Assembly: GCA_002316595.1 (NCBI GenBank)
Contig: DCDV01000006.1
Span: forward strand, 1,217-58,224
Origin: Mageeibacillus sp. UBA1046
GTDB taxonomy: Bacteria; Bacillota; Clostridia; Saccharofermentanales; DTU023
Direction of reading: 5' to 3'
Length of the DNA: 57,008 nt
Below the pieces are notes generated by a model. That model was not told the DNA's origin and made no database searches. It worked only from the letters and a program-made list of their open reading frames with translations. Shown piece by piece: positions 10,615 through 20,972 of this stretch (within the stretch, counting starts at the first letter, position 1; each line of letters starts with the position of its first letter). A program made the translations under genes and the position numbers.

Positions 10615-11562
10615 ATGTTGAATTTTGTAACTAAACGGATTTTATCCATGCTTTTAGTGGTTTTGGGAATCTCATTCTTAATTTTCAGTGTTATGAGTCT
10701 TTCTCCGGGGGATCCTGCCCAAATAATTCTGGGTGATGGTGCCTCTCAAGAGGATATCGCCGAATTGCGTGAGGAGATGGGACTTAATGACAATTTATTA
10801 GTACGTTTTTTTCGTTACATTTGGAATGCTATACAAGGTGATTTGGGGAATTCCTACCGTACAGGTCAGGCTGTTTTAGTTGAGTTGCTTAACCGTTTAC
10901 CCAATACAGTACTTTTAGCGATTTTTGGTGTTGGAGCTGCGGCTATGATAGGTGTCCCCATAGGTATTATTTCAGCGGTTAAACAATATTCTATTATAGA
11001 CAACGTGACTATGGTGTTGGCAATGGTTATGACCTCAATTCCAGCATTTTGGTTAGGTTTACTGTTGATGTTAAGATTTGCACTTGGCTGGGGAGTTGTC
11101 CCAGCTATTGGCGTCGATACTTGGCAGGGTTATATCCTGCCCTCAGTTACATTGGCTATTGGTAATATGGCAGTTATCATTCGTATGACACGTTCCACAA
11201 TGCTCGAGGTTTTTAGAGAAGACTATATACGCACTGCTCGCGCAAAAGGTGCGAGCAAAAGAAGTGTAGTCTTGAAGCATGCTCTTCGCAACGCACTCCT
11301 ACCTATAATTACTACTATTGGTATTAATTTCGGCATTCAGTTGGGTGGAGCGATCGTAGTAGAGACCGTTTTTTCTATACCCGGATTAGGTACTCTTATT
11401 ATTACTTCAGTAAGACAAAAGGACATACCGATGGTCATGGGGGCAATTCTATTTGTAGCCTTAATGATTTGTCTTGTCACATTTTTGATGGATATTCTAT
11501 ATACTTTCCTCGATCCAAGAGTAAAGATTAAAAAACGTCAGAAACAGATGGGGGTGATATAG
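10615..11562 (+). CDS. peptide ABC transporter permease (DppB/OppB-like)
   Basis: 315 aa, 6 TM. N-terminal motif ILGDGASQEDIAELREEMGLND and EAA-like region RTARAKGAS. Confidence 0.9.
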   Translation: MLNFVTKRILSMLLVVLGISFLIFSVMSLSPGDPAQIILGDGASQEDIAELREEMGLNDNLLVRFFRYIWNAIQGDLGNSYRTGQAVLVELLNRLPNTVLLAIFGVGAAAMIGVPIGIISAVKQYSIIDNVTMVLAMVMTSIPAFWLGLLLMLRFALGWGVVPAIGVDTWQGYILPSVTLAIGNMAVIIRMTRSTMLEVFREDYIRTARAKGASKRSVVLKHALRNALLPIITTIGINFGIQLGGAIVVETVFSIPGLGTLIITSVRQKDIPMVMGAILFVALMICLVTFLMDILYTFLDPRVKIKKRQKQMGVI

Positions 11563-11563
11563 A

Positions 11564-12460
11564 GTGAAGATAAGCAAAGAGCAAACTATAGATAATCAAT
11601 CAATATATAAGCAACAGGGTCAACTCGCTTCAGTATGGTTGCGTTTTCGCAAAAACAAGTTAGCTGTTCTCGGACTGCTCATCTTCTTGATTATTGTCGT
11701 GTTGTCAATTACAGCAGACCTATGGCTTGACTACGATAAACAAGCAATTGAACATAACATGGGGATACGGTTGCAGAGCCCGAACAGTGATCATCTATTT
11801 GGTACCGATCAGTATGGGCGAGATGTTTTTACCCGCATTATCTATGGCACAAGAATATCCCTTTTAATCTCCTTGCTTACAATCGTCTTGTCCTTAGTAA
11901 TAGGTGGGGGAATTGGGGCTATGGCTGGCTATTTTGGCGGGCGACTAGATAGTCTGTTAATGCGAATTATGGATATTCTGCTGTCAATTCCGGCGATCTT
12001 GTTAGCCTTAACGATTGTGGCTGCATTAGGGAACGGCATTTTGAACTTAATTATAGCCTTAACTGTTTCTACTATTCCACGATTCGCTTATATTGTGCGC
12101 TCTACAGTACTTACGATTAAAGATCAAGAATTTATCGAGGCTGCAAAAGCGTACGGTACCAATAATATTCAAATTATTATTAAACATATCATTCCGAATA
12201 TTATTGGTCCTACTATAGTACAGGCAACTACCAATATGGCAAATACAATTCTGCTAATTTCTTCTCTAAGCTATGTTGGATTAGGACTCCCATCATCAAT
12301 ACCTGAATGGGGAGCAATGATATCAGACGCAAAAGAAAACATGCGTCATTTTGCATATTTAGTCTATATCCCCGGTATTGCCATAGTGATATCCGTCATG
12401 GCCATGAACCTTATTGGTGATGGACTGCGCGACGCGCTCGACCCGAAACTTAGAAATTGA
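11564..12460 (+). CDS. peptide ABC transporter permease (DppC/OppC-like)
   Basis: 298 aa. HLFGTDQYGRDVF motif and EAAKAYGT EAA loop. Confidence 0.9.
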   Translation: MKISKEQTIDNQSIYKQQGQLASVWLRFRKNKLAVLGLLIFLIIVVLSITADLWLDYDKQAIEHNMGIRLQSPNSDHLFGTDQYGRDVFTRIIYGTRISLLISLLTIVLSLVIGGGIGAMAGYFGGRLDSLLMRIMDILLSIPAILLALTIVAALGNGILNLIIALTVSTIPRFAYIVRSTVLTIKDQEFIEAAKAYGTNNIQIIIKHIIPNIIGPTIVQATTNMANTILLISSLSYVGLGLPSSIPEWGAMISDAKENMRHFAYLVYIPGIAIVISVMAMNLIGDGLRDALDPKLRN

Positions 12461-12481
12461 TTTGAACACAGAGGAAAAGCC

Positions 12482-13447
12482 ATGACTGAAGAAATATTAA
12501 AAATTAAAAATTTAAAAGTAATTTATAAAACAGATACTGGCATTGTAAATGCAGTAAATAACCTGAGTTTGACGGTGAATGTTGGAGAAACCTTAGGGTT
12601 GGTAGGGGAAACAGGAGCAGGTAAAACTACTACTGCACTATCAATTATGCGTTTACTTCCGGATAGGATAGGTTGTGTTGATTCTGGAGAGATCGTTTTA
12701 GATGATATGGAGCTTTTCAAACTAACAGATGCTGATATGCAACTTCTACGAGGCAATGTAGTGTCAATGATTTTCCAGGATCCTATGACAAGCCTTAATC
12801 CGGTAATCTGTGTGGGAGATCAGATCTCAGAAGTAATTCAACTTCACAATCCAGATTATAACAAAGATCAGATTTCTGAGGAAGTAGATGAAATGTTCCG
12901 TTTGGTGGGCATTCCTCCAGAAAGAAAGGTCGAGTTTCCGCACCAGTTTTCTGGGGGAATGAAGCAAAGGATCGTTATTGGCATTGCCTTGGCTTGCCAG
13001 CCTAAGCTGTTGCTCGCGGACGAACCCACTACTGCCTTGGACGTTACAATCCAGGCTCAGATACTGGATATGATGCGTGAATTGAAAGAGAAATTCGCTA
13101 CTTCAATGGTACTCATAACTCATGATTTAGGGGTTGTTGCAGAACTATGTGACAGGGTGGCAATTATGTATGCTGGCGAAATCATCGAGATTGGGACTTT
13201 GATGGATGTATATACTGGCGATCAGCATCACCCATATACTAAAGGTTTATTTGGCTCTATTCCCAATCTGGGCAAACAAGAGAGACGGCTTCATCCTATA
13301 GACGGTCTCATGCCTGACCCGACTCAGTTGCCAGACGGGTGTAAATTTTTTGAACGATGCCCATATAGGATGGATAAATGCGAAAAATCGCAGCCATACT
13401 TATTGAATTTTGATACTCACAGTATTCGTTGCTTCTTATATGAATAG
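12482..13447 (+). CDS. peptide ABC transporter ATP-binding protein (DppD/OppD-like)
   Basis: Walker A GETGAGKTT, FSGGMKQR, LLLADEPTTALD, C-terminal oligopeptide domain with Cys motif CKFFERCPY. Confidence 0.9.
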   Translation: MTEEILKIKNLKVIYKTDTGIVNAVNNLSLTVNVGETLGLVGETGAGKTTTALSIMRLLPDRIGCVDSGEIVLDDMELFKLTDADMQLLRGNVVSMIFQDPMTSLNPVICVGDQISEVIQLHNPDYNKDQISEEVDEMFRLVGIPPERKVEFPHQFSGGMKQRIVIGIALACQPKLLLADEPTTALDVTIQAQILDMMRELKEKFATSMVLITHDLGVVAELCDRVAIMYAGEIIEIGTLMDVYTGDQHHPYTKGLFGSIPNLGKQERRLHPIDGLMPDPTQLPDGCKFFERCPYRMDKCEKSQPYLLNFDTHSIRCFLYE

Positions 13448-13477
13448 AAGATTTGAAGCGAAAGAAAGGAAGGATAA

Positions 13478-14437
13478 ATGTCTGAAATATTATTGGAGAC
13501 TATAGATCTAAAAAAATATTTCTATACACCCAGAGGGTTGTTGCATGCAGTGGATGGCATCAACATGCAGATCAAATCGGGTACAACACTTGGAGTTGTA
13601 GGAGAATCTGGATGTGGTAAATCAACACTTGGCCGTGTAATTCTTCGACTTCTTTCAGCAACTTCTGGCCAAGTGCTTTTTGAAGGCCAAAATATCTTAG
13701 ATTATGACAACAAAAAAATGAAAAACATGCGTTTAATGATGCAGATGATCTTTCAAGACCCGTATGCATCTATTAATCCTCGCATGTCGGTATCAGAAAT
13801 TATCTCTGATCCCATCCGCATATGTAAGACAATTAATGGAAAAGAAGCAATAGCTGAAAAGGTTCGGGATCTTATGAAGACCGTTGGCTTAGGAGACCGC
13901 TATGTTAACTCTTATCCTCATGAAATGGATGGCGGTCGACGTCAACGAGTAGGAATCGCTAGAGCCTTAGCCCTGGAACCAAGATTTATAATATGCGATG
14001 AACCTGTTTCTGCCTTAGATGTTTCTGTTCAAGCACAGATTTTGAATTTATTGATGGATTTACAGGAAGAAAGGCAACTCACCTATATTTTCATTACTCA
14101 TGATTTATCCGTTGTTAAGCATATTAGTGATGAAATAATGGTCATGTATCTTGGTCAATGCGTAGAAAAAGCACCGGCTCAGGAATTATTTGAGAACCCT
14201 CTGCACCCTTATACCGAAATGCTTTTATCAGCAATTCCAATTCCTTCTATTGAAACAGCACAGAGGGAAAGAAAAAAGGTACGAGGCGAAGCTACAAATC
14301 CAATTAACCCTGAACCAGGGTGCCGCTTTGCTGGACGATGTCCGTATAGCAAAGCTATCTGCTTACAGAATGAAATAAAACAAATAGAGATTAACCCTGG
14401 CCACCAGGTGTCTTGCGTTAATTATTACAATGAATAG
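13478..14437 (+). CDS. peptide ABC transporter ATP-binding protein (DppF/OppF-like)
   Basis: Walker A GESGCGKST, MDGGRRQR signature variant, ICDEPVSALD, C-terminal CRFAGRCPY. Confidence 0.9.
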   Translation: MSEILLETIDLKKYFYTPRGLLHAVDGINMQIKSGTTLGVVGESGCGKSTLGRVILRLLSATSGQVLFEGQNILDYDNKKMKNMRLMMQMIFQDPYASINPRMSVSEIISDPIRICKTINGKEAIAEKVRDLMKTVGLGDRYVNSYPHEMDGGRRQRVGIARALALEPRFIICDEPVSALDVSVQAQILNLLMDLQEERQLTYIFITHDLSVVKHISDEIMVMYLGQCVEKAPAQELFENPLHPYTEMLLSAIPIPSIETAQRERKKVRGEATNPINPEPGCRFAGRCPYSKAICLQNEIKQIEINPGHQVSCVNYYNE

Positions 14438-14448
14438 AGAGGTGCTTC

Positions 14449-15687
14449 ATGAACAAAGAATTTTTTATTAATAATCGAAAAAAGTTTGCTGAGAAAATGG
14501 AGGATAATTCTATAGCAGTATTTTTTTCAGGAGTATTCCACCGAGATACCTGTGACCAGTTGATACACCCCTTCTCAGTAGAGCGAAATTTTTATTATCT
14601 TACCGGTGTTGACGCAGACGGTATAATTCTGCTGCTACATAAATCAGAAGAACTTTTACAGGAATACCTGTTTATCTTACCGGTAGATCCCATGTATGAG
14701 CGTTGGCAAGCGCTTATGATGAGGCCACCTGAAGCTATGGAAATTTCTGGAGTTGAAAATATCCTCTATACATATGAGTTTGATAAAATTGTCGCAAATT
14801 GCTACGGAGATTCGTTTGCAGATAAGCTTTACATTTATTCTGATATTGCAGAATTCCATGAGCCATTGACGCTATCTCAAAATTATGCTAAGCGTTTCCG
14901 TGATATTTACCCTTCTGCCAGAATCATAAATTCCAAGCCCATAATGGTACTTCTACGTCAGCAGAAAACCTCGGAGGAAGTCGATGAAATTATTACAGCA
15001 GTAAATCTGGCATCAGATGCCATGGTTTACTTATCCCAAGGATTGAAGCCAGGAATTTTCGAATACGAAGCAAAAGCCAGATTCCAGTATTTTTTGAATA
15101 TGAAGGGCAGTCAACCTCGTTTTCGTTCGATAGTAGCTGCGGGAAAGAACGCTACTATCCTTCATTATAATAAAACTGGTTATCAAATGCAGGATGGTGA
15201 TTTGTTAATTGTTGATGCCGGCGCAATGAATAATTGGTATGTTTCTGATCTAACAAGAACTTTTCCAGTCAATGGGAAATTTACTCCACGCCAACGTACG
15301 ATTTACAATATTGTATTAGAAGCAGAGTTAATTGCTATCGAAAAAATGAAATACAACTCAAGTTGGTATGATCTGGAAAATGCAGTACGTGATTTTTTCG
15401 CAAAGGCGCTTAAGAGTATTAAGGAGATCAAAGACGAAAGAGACTTGGACAAGTATTATTTCCATGACAGCGGTCACCCGATTGGTTTAGATCTGCATGA
15501 TATCAAGGACAAAGAGCGCATTTTCCTTGAAGGTTGTGTTCATACCATCGAACCAGCGCTCTATTTCCCAGATGAAGGTTTTGGGATTCGCATTGAAGAT
15601 AACATTTGGATTAAAAAAGATGAAACTGTAGTGCTTTCAGAGCGCTTGGTCAAGAACCCCGACGATATTGAGAATCTATTTATTTAA
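14449..15687 (+). CDS. Xaa-Pro aminopeptidase/dipeptidase (peptidase M24B)
   Basis: 412 aa. M24 metal-ligand context LLIVDAGA...VSDLTRTF, HDSGHPIGLDLHD, HTIEPALY, GIRIEDN. Confidence 0.85.
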   Translation: MNKEFFINNRKKFAEKMEDNSIAVFFSGVFHRDTCDQLIHPFSVERNFYYLTGVDADGIILLLHKSEELLQEYLFILPVDPMYERWQALMMRPPEAMEISGVENILYTYEFDKIVANCYGDSFADKLYIYSDIAEFHEPLTLSQNYAKRFRDIYPSARIINSKPIMVLLRQQKTSEEVDEIITAVNLASDAMVYLSQGLKPGIFEYEAKARFQYFLNMKGSQPRFRSIVAAGKNATILHYNKTGYQMQDGDLLIVDAGAMNNWYVSDLTRTFPVNGKFTPRQRTIYNIVLEAELIAIEKMKYNSSWYDLENAVRDFFAKALKSIKEIKDERDLDKYYFHDSGHPIGLDLHDIKDKERIFLEGCVHTIEPALYFPDEGFGIRIEDNIWIKKDETVVLSERLVKNPDDIENLFI

Positions 15688-15715
15688 ATTATGAGCATTG
15701 TTAGGAGTAGGAATA

Positions 15716-16678
15716 ATGGATAGTAACCAGGAAGATAACAAATTCAAGGCTGATATACCCACATGGCAGGCAGGCGGTAGGACTGGGCACATCCCTGTAA
15801 AGGGCGGAGAGGTGTTTTTCAGAATTTACGGCGAAGATAAACTAGGAATCCCATTAATATTCGTACATGAAGGACCAGGGCATAGTTTTTTAACATTTTT
15901 TAAGACAACTGCCCTTGCAGAAGACAGGCCGGTAGTTTTTTACAATCAATTAGGCAGCAATGGTTCAAATATTGCTGAAGAATTCCAGAATGCTGGCAAA
16001 TTGAAAGAACTATTTACAATCGAAAGATTCACTGATGAACTCGAAGTTGTAGTCGAATATTTTGGCTTCAAGGAGTATGTACTTATAGGCCATTCCTGGG
16101 GAACAATGCTGGCAATAGAATATGCCGGCACCAAAAAGGCTGTGGGACTAAAAGGAATAGTGCTTGTAGGCCCATTTCTCAATGTGGATCTGTGGCTGCT
16201 TGATGCTAAGAGACTGATTAAATCTCTTCCTGACGGTGATAAAAAATGGCAAGTTGTTAAGGAATGTGAGGCGACTGGTAACTACACGGAAGAGTACGAA
16301 AAAATAAACTCCATTTATTCGAATACTTTCTTTAACAGGACAGAGGGACCAGATACAAAAAGTCCACCAGAACCCGAGAAGCAAAATATTGAGGGCTTTG
16401 ACGTTTATAATCACATGTGGGGACCTACTGAGTTCTCCTGCACAGGTTTTTTGCAAGGGCATGACTCAACAAGATTATTAAAAAACATAAATGTTCCAAT
16501 TCTTTATATTTCTGGCGAATATGACAGCGGTTCCCCAGCGGCAGCTAATTACTATAAAACTTTAACACCTAATGGCAAAGTTGTTGTGGTTCAGGGAACT
16601 GGTCATGAGACGCCAAGAGAGAATCCGCAGGAGTTCATGAAGATTGTCAGAAGCTTTTTCAGTGAACTGGAATCCTAA
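15716..16678 (+). CDS. proline iminopeptidase-family alpha/beta hydrolase (S33)
   Basis: ORF 15698..16678. ATG at 15716 after AGGAGTAGGA. HEGPG oxyanion motif, nucleophile elbow GHSWG, C-terminal GTGHETPRE. Confidence 0.8.
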   Translation: MDSNQEDNKFKADIPTWQAGGRTGHIPVKGGEVFFRIYGEDKLGIPLIFVHEGPGHSFLTFFKTTALAEDRPVVFYNQLGSNGSNIAEEFQNAGKLKELFTIERFTDELEVVVEYFGFKEYVLIGHSWGTMLAIEYAGTKKAVGLKGIVLVGPFLNVDLWLLDAKRLIKSLPDGDKKWQVVKECEATGNYTEEYEKINSIYSNTFFNRTEGPDTKSPPEPEKQNIEGFDVYNHMWGPTEFSCTGFLQGHDSTRLLKNINVPILYISGEYDSGSPAAANYYKTLTPNGKVVVVQGTGHETPRENPQEFMKIVRSFFSELES

Positions 16679-16930
16679 GAAGCCTCACCTAAATTATTTT
16701 TTAACTGCTTAAATAGAAGAGGATCTTTGGAGTTTCAGGATGGCAGCGATGAGTCGATTGAGTTGATGCCGCAGGACCCTCATTGAGCTTTTGCTGAATA
16801 TGATTGGCAAGCAAAATTTCTCGGACTGGTTAGTTAATGTCTATTGGCAAGTCGAAGCCTTCCGTTTCTGGTATTGATGTGCTAGCAATGATGATATAAT
16901 AGTTACCGATATTTCAAATACGGTGGCGAA

Positions 16931-17830
16931 ATGATAATACTACGAGACATTGTCAAGACTTTCGGCTCGGTACGGGCTTTGGACGGTCTTAATCTGGAAG
17001 TAAGAGATGGCAAGATTCATGGCTTCATCGGACCTAATGGTGCCGGCAAGACGACTGCTATCAGGATTATACTGGGCCTGCTCAGAGCGAACAGCGGCCA
17101 GGCGACTGTCTTTGGTCAAGACGCTTTTAAAGATGCAGTCAGCATCCATCGCCGTATCGCTTATGTGCCCGGCGAGGTCAACCTCTGGCCCAACTTGACC
17201 GGCGGTGAAGTGATTGACTTGATGTTGAGTCTCAACGGCGTTAAGCATAATGATTTAAAAGATGAATTAATTGAGGCTTTTGATTTTGACCCCCGCAAAA
17301 AATGCCGGACTTACTCTAAAGGCAACAGACAGAAGGTTGCCTTGATTGCCGCTTTTGCCTCAGATCCTGAACTGTATATTCTAGATGAGCCGACTTCCGG
17401 CTTAGACCCACTAATGGACGCTGCTTTTCAGGACAGAGTTCTAAAGGAGAAGGCTGCAGGCAAGACGGTCCTGCTCTCAAGCCATATACTCTCAGAGGTG
17501 GAGCAGCTTTGCGATTATATAAGTATCATAAGACAGGGAAGAATTATTGAAGCAGGTACTCTGACTGAGCTGAGGCACCTCACTTATACGCATGTTTCTG
17601 TCGAAACCCAGGAACCGCTTGGTACTTCTTTAGAGAAATATCCTCAAATCATTAATTTTGAAGCTGATGGCAACAATGCTCATTTCAGCGTGTCGGGCGA
17701 TATTCTCGGTCAAGTGATATCAACGATTGCCAAGAAAGGGATTGTGAGATTGGAATCAATGCCTCCCACTTTAGAGGAGCTCTTTATCGGACATTATGGT
17801 AAAGATGGCGCAGACGACCCTGAATCATGA
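16931..17830 (+). CDS. ABC-2 type exporter ATP-binding protein
   Basis: Walker A GPNGAGKTT, YSKGNRQK signature, ILDEPTSGLD, SSHIL. Confidence 0.9.
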   Translation: MIILRDIVKTFGSVRALDGLNLEVRDGKIHGFIGPNGAGKTTAIRIILGLLRANSGQATVFGQDAFKDAVSIHRRIAYVPGEVNLWPNLTGGEVIDLMLSLNGVKHNDLKDELIEAFDFDPRKKCRTYSKGNRQKVALIAAFASDPELYILDEPTSGLDPLMDAAFQDRVLKEKAAGKTVLLSSHILSEVEQLCDYISIIRQGRIIEAGTLTELRHLTYTHVSVETQEPLGTSLEKYPQIINFEADGNNAHFSVSGDILGQVISTIAKKGIVRLESMPPTLEELFIGHYGKDGADDPES

Positions 17831-19443
17831 GCGGCGCTATGATAAAATCCGGATTCCAGGGAACAAGGCGACTTTTTTTCTTTCGCCTGCGCTTAGAACG
17901 TCGGAGCGTCATAATCTGGGCTCTTTCCATCTCAATTTTTGTGGCGGCTTACATTCCGGTGATTAATGATCTTCTTTTTACTTCTGCAACCCCTGATGTA
18001 ATTATTGACTTGATGAAAAATCCTGCCATGATCGCAATAGTCGGACCATTATTTGGTGAAGATTATACTTTTGGTGCCTCCTATGCTAATTATATGCTGG
18101 TATTCTCTATGCTGGCGCCGGCCATAATGAGCCTGATTCTAGTCAGCTCTAATTTGCGCCGTGATGAAGAATTGGGGCGAGACGAAATTTTGAAGGCTAA
18201 GCCGGTAGGCAGGCTGGCCAATGCATCTTCAATCATGCTGGTAAATCTGACAGCTAATCTCCTGATTTTTGTACTGAGCTTTATATTTATGAGCTTTGCA
18301 GGCGCTAAGCTGTTAGACCTAACCGGTATTTTGAGCTTTACCTTATCCCTTTTCTTGAGCGGTGTGTTCTTTGGCAGCGCGACTTTGCTTTTCTCACAGC
18401 TCTTCCGGAGTCATCGGGCAGTCATGGGAGCAGGCTTTACCTTATTGTTTGGCTCTTATATTCTCAGAGCATTAGGAGATCTCTATTTTGAGCCTTTATC
18501 CTATCTTTCGCCTTTGGGCTTGCTGACGCGCGCTCAAGCTTTCGTGGAAAACAATTTCACCCCTCACTTGATCCTTTTTCTGGCTTCGCTGGTTTTGGTA
18601 ATGGTCTCCTTGATCCTTGAGGGCAGAAGAGATCTGGCAGCCTCTGTTCTTCCTGAGAAGAAAATTGAAAAATCTGGATCATCATATGGTTTAAGCAATG
18701 TCTTCGTTTTATCTTTGCGGCTTTCGCTTAGTACTTTTCTCGGCTGGCTGTCAGCACTGATAATTCTTGCTGCCATGTATGGCTCTGTTATCGGTGATAT
18801 GCAGACATATCTGGAGAGCAGCGAAATGCTTAGAGCTATCTTCAATCCGCAAGGAGGCGATTTCACCAGACAGTTTCTCTACATGTTAGCCGGTGTCATG
18901 TCAATTTTTACGGCCATTCCGGCTTTGATCCTGTTCTTGCGCTTATGGACGGAAGAGAAGCGTGGCTATACTGAGCTCGTTCTAGCGCAATCCGTTTCTC
19001 GAAGCAGCTATCTGGCCTCCTATCTTGGTATCAGTCTGATTTCATCTCTACTGCTGCAATTGGTCTCAGCTCTAAGTCTGGTTCTGGTAGCGGGGAATGT
19101 CCTTGTCAAGCTGATGGATCCGTCAGAGTATATTATTGCAATGCTGAATTATCTGCCGGCAATCTGGTTTTTGGTTGGACTGGCTGTTTTGCTTCTGGGT
19201 GTCCTTCCGCGACTCAGCAGCTTCGTCTATATATATCTGGTTTTTTCTTTCATTGTGATCTATCTGGGCAGGATGACAGATATGCCGGGATTTATCGGTA
19301 ATCTCACTCCCTTCAACTATATTCCTCAGCATAGAATTTCCGGCAGCGATTATCTGCCGCTCGTAATAATCCTGGTTCTGACGCTTTTCATGACTATCTT
19401 GGGATTTGTCGGCTACAGAAAGAGAGATCAGAGGGCCGATTAA
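17827..19443 (+). CDS. ABC-2 type exporter permease (large, about 12 TM)
   Basis: 538 aa, highly hydrophobic. ATGA overlap with the ATPase gene. Confidence 0.8.
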   Translation: MSGAMIKSGFQGTRRLFFFRLRLERRSVIIWALSISIFVAAYIPVINDLLFTSATPDVIIDLMKNPAMIAIVGPLFGEDYTFGASYANYMLVFSMLAPAIMSLILVSSNLRRDEELGRDEILKAKPVGRLANASSIMLVNLTANLLIFVLSFIFMSFAGAKLLDLTGILSFTLSLFLSGVFFGSATLLFSQLFRSHRAVMGAGFTLLFGSYILRALGDLYFEPLSYLSPLGLLTRAQAFVENNFTPHLILFLASLVLVMVSLILEGRRDLAASVLPEKKIEKSGSSYGLSNVFVLSLRLSLSTFLGWLSALIILAAMYGSVIGDMQTYLESSEMLRAIFNPQGGDFTRQFLYMLAGVMSIFTAIPALILFLRLWTEEKRGYTELVLAQSVSRSSYLASYLGISLISSLLLQLVSALSLVLVAGNVLVKLMDPSEYIIAMLNYLPAIWFLVGLAVLLLGVLPRLSSFVYIYLVFSFIVIYLGRMTDMPGFIGNLTPFNYIPQHRISGSDYLPLVIILVLTLFMTILGFVGYRKRDQRAD

Positions 19444-19564
19444 AGCGCCTTCATATTTTCTTTTTACTTATTAGCGACGATTAGATCATTTCACAACGCC
19501 GGATGCGATAAAATATCTGTTCACTTTTGCTGTGATTAATTCTTATTGCAAGACGCTGAATAGA

Positions 19565-19595
19565 TAAAAAGTGCTGCCCACAGCACAGGCAGCAC
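19565..19595 (-). terminator. rho-independent terminator of the rubrerythrin gene
   Basis: GTGCTGCC-9 nt-GGCAGCAC hairpin followed on the minus strand by TTTTTA. Confidence 0.7.
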
Positions 19596-19682
19596 CCTCT
19601 ATATATGTTTTAGGGCTGAATATTCAGAGACCTGGCTTTTAGATATTTCGGTCAGCCAGCAGTCAAAATTTCTCAGCTTAAC

Positions 19683-20228
19683 TTAGTAATTCTCAGCTTT
19701 GATTTCGAAATAAGCTTCCTCGAATTTGCAGACCGGACAAATCTTGAGCGCCGTCTTGCCAACATAGATATGTCCGCAGTTACGACAGATCCAACGTGTC
19801 TCAGCATCATCACGCTTAAACACTTTATCTTCCTCAATATTCTTTTTCAGATCGAGATAACGCTCTTCGTGATGCTTCTCAATCGCAGCTACCATGCGAA
19901 ACTGAGCTGCCAGAGCTTTGAAGCCCTCTTCTTCGGCATCTTTGGCGAACTGAGCATACATTTCGGTCCATTCGTAATTCTCGCCGTCTGCTGCATCCTG
20001 AAGATTTGTTGTCGTTGTTGGGATCTCATCACCATGCAGGGCCTTGAACCAGAGTTTGGCATGCTCTCTTTCGTTTCTGGCTGTCTCGTCATAGAAAGCG
20101 CCAATCTGCTCATATCCTTCTTCCCTGGCCTTATCAGCATAATAGGAATACTTATTATTTGCCATTGATTCGCCTGCGAAAGCTTCCTTGAGATTTGCTT
20201 CAGTTTTTGTTCCTTTGAGATCTTTCAT
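19683..20228 (-). CDS. rbr: rubrerythrin
   Basis: Ferritin-like diiron domain ([16 protein letters not shown]) plus C-terminal rubredoxin CRNCGH...CPVC. Confidence 0.9.
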   Translation of the reverse strand: MKDLKGTKTEANLKEAFAGESMANNKYSYYADKAREEGYEQIGAFYDETARNEREHAKLWFKALHGDEIPTTTTNLQDAADGENYEWTEMYAQFAKDAEEEGFKALAAQFRMVAAIEKHHEERYLDLKKNIEEDKVFKRDDAETRWICRNCGHIYVGKTALKICPVCKFEEAYFEIKAENY

Positions 20229-20299
20229 TCTTTAGTTTCTCCTTGCCATAATTTTATTTGCGAATTGCTCGCATCTAACGCCATTGCTGCGTTATTGCC

Positions 20300-20704
20300 T
20301 TATTTTGGATCATTGTTCTGGCATTTTGGACAGGCGCCGGTTAAGATTAGGTTCTGTTCTTCAATCTGGAATTTCTCACTGTCTTGCACAGCTTTGGTCA
20401 ACTGATCGAGAAGTTCAGCATGAGTATCTGTAATACCTCCGCATTTTTTACAGTATAAGTGATAATGTCGATCCAGAGTTGAGTCAAAATGTGTAATGCC
20501 TTCTCCCGTTACAAAGCTAAGCAATTCTTCCTCATCAACCATACGTTTAAGATTACGGTAAATAGTAGTCTTGTTTACATTGGGAAGTTTTTTGCTGACA
20601 CATTGCCAAACATCCTCCGCTGTAGGATGTTTTAATACCTGCACACATTCCGTTATCAATTGACGCTGTTGCGTGTTTCTTTTAATTTCTGTTTTTTTAT
20701 CCAT
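20300..20704 (-). CDS. Fur family transcriptional repressor (PerR-like by context)
   Basis: 134 aa. wHTH TTIYRNLKRM. HYHLYCKKCG and CPKC zinc motifs. Immediately upstream of rbr on the same strand. Confidence 0.85.
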   Translation of the reverse strand: MDKKTEIKRNTQQRQLITECVQVLKHPTAEDVWQCVSKKLPNVNKTTIYRNLKRMVDEEELLSFVTGEGITHFDSTLDRHYHLYCKKCGGITDTHAELLDQLTKAVQDSEKFQIEEQNLILTGACPKCQNNDPK

Positions 20705-20776
20705 AATATTGTCTATCTATCTTGCACTTATAATATTCAGCGGAAATGTTGGAATACATGTTAATTATAATATAAA

Positions 20777-20791
20777 TGCAACTGAGTTGCA
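20777..20791. promoter_or_regulatory. perfect 7-1-7 palindrome TGCAACT-G-AGTTGCA
   Basis: Lies in the divergent intergenic region between the Fur-family gene and the HTH_42 gene, next to AT-rich TTAATTATAATATAA (Fur/PerR-box-like). Confidence 0.25.
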
Positions 20792-20972
20792 ACAAGCATA
20801 TAGTTAACTCTATGTAATATCTTAATAACTGCTCAAAGCCTGATCATGTTTGTGTTCCGGGAGCTTGAAAGCAGAAGTTAATCTCATCTTGTAAATGCAG
20901 ACTAAATACTTGATGGAGGGCATGAGCTATAATAGTAGTTGTTGATGAATATTAATCTGGGCAGGAGTGAAC

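Noticed and set aside
16679-16930. Gene remnant or small RNA in the 250-bp gap before the ABC-2 exporter
   Set aside because: It contains only tiny ORFs (8 codons or fewer) and a short ATTGGCAAG duplication. Nothing is recognisable. It is probably the promoter region and the border of the AT-rich block.
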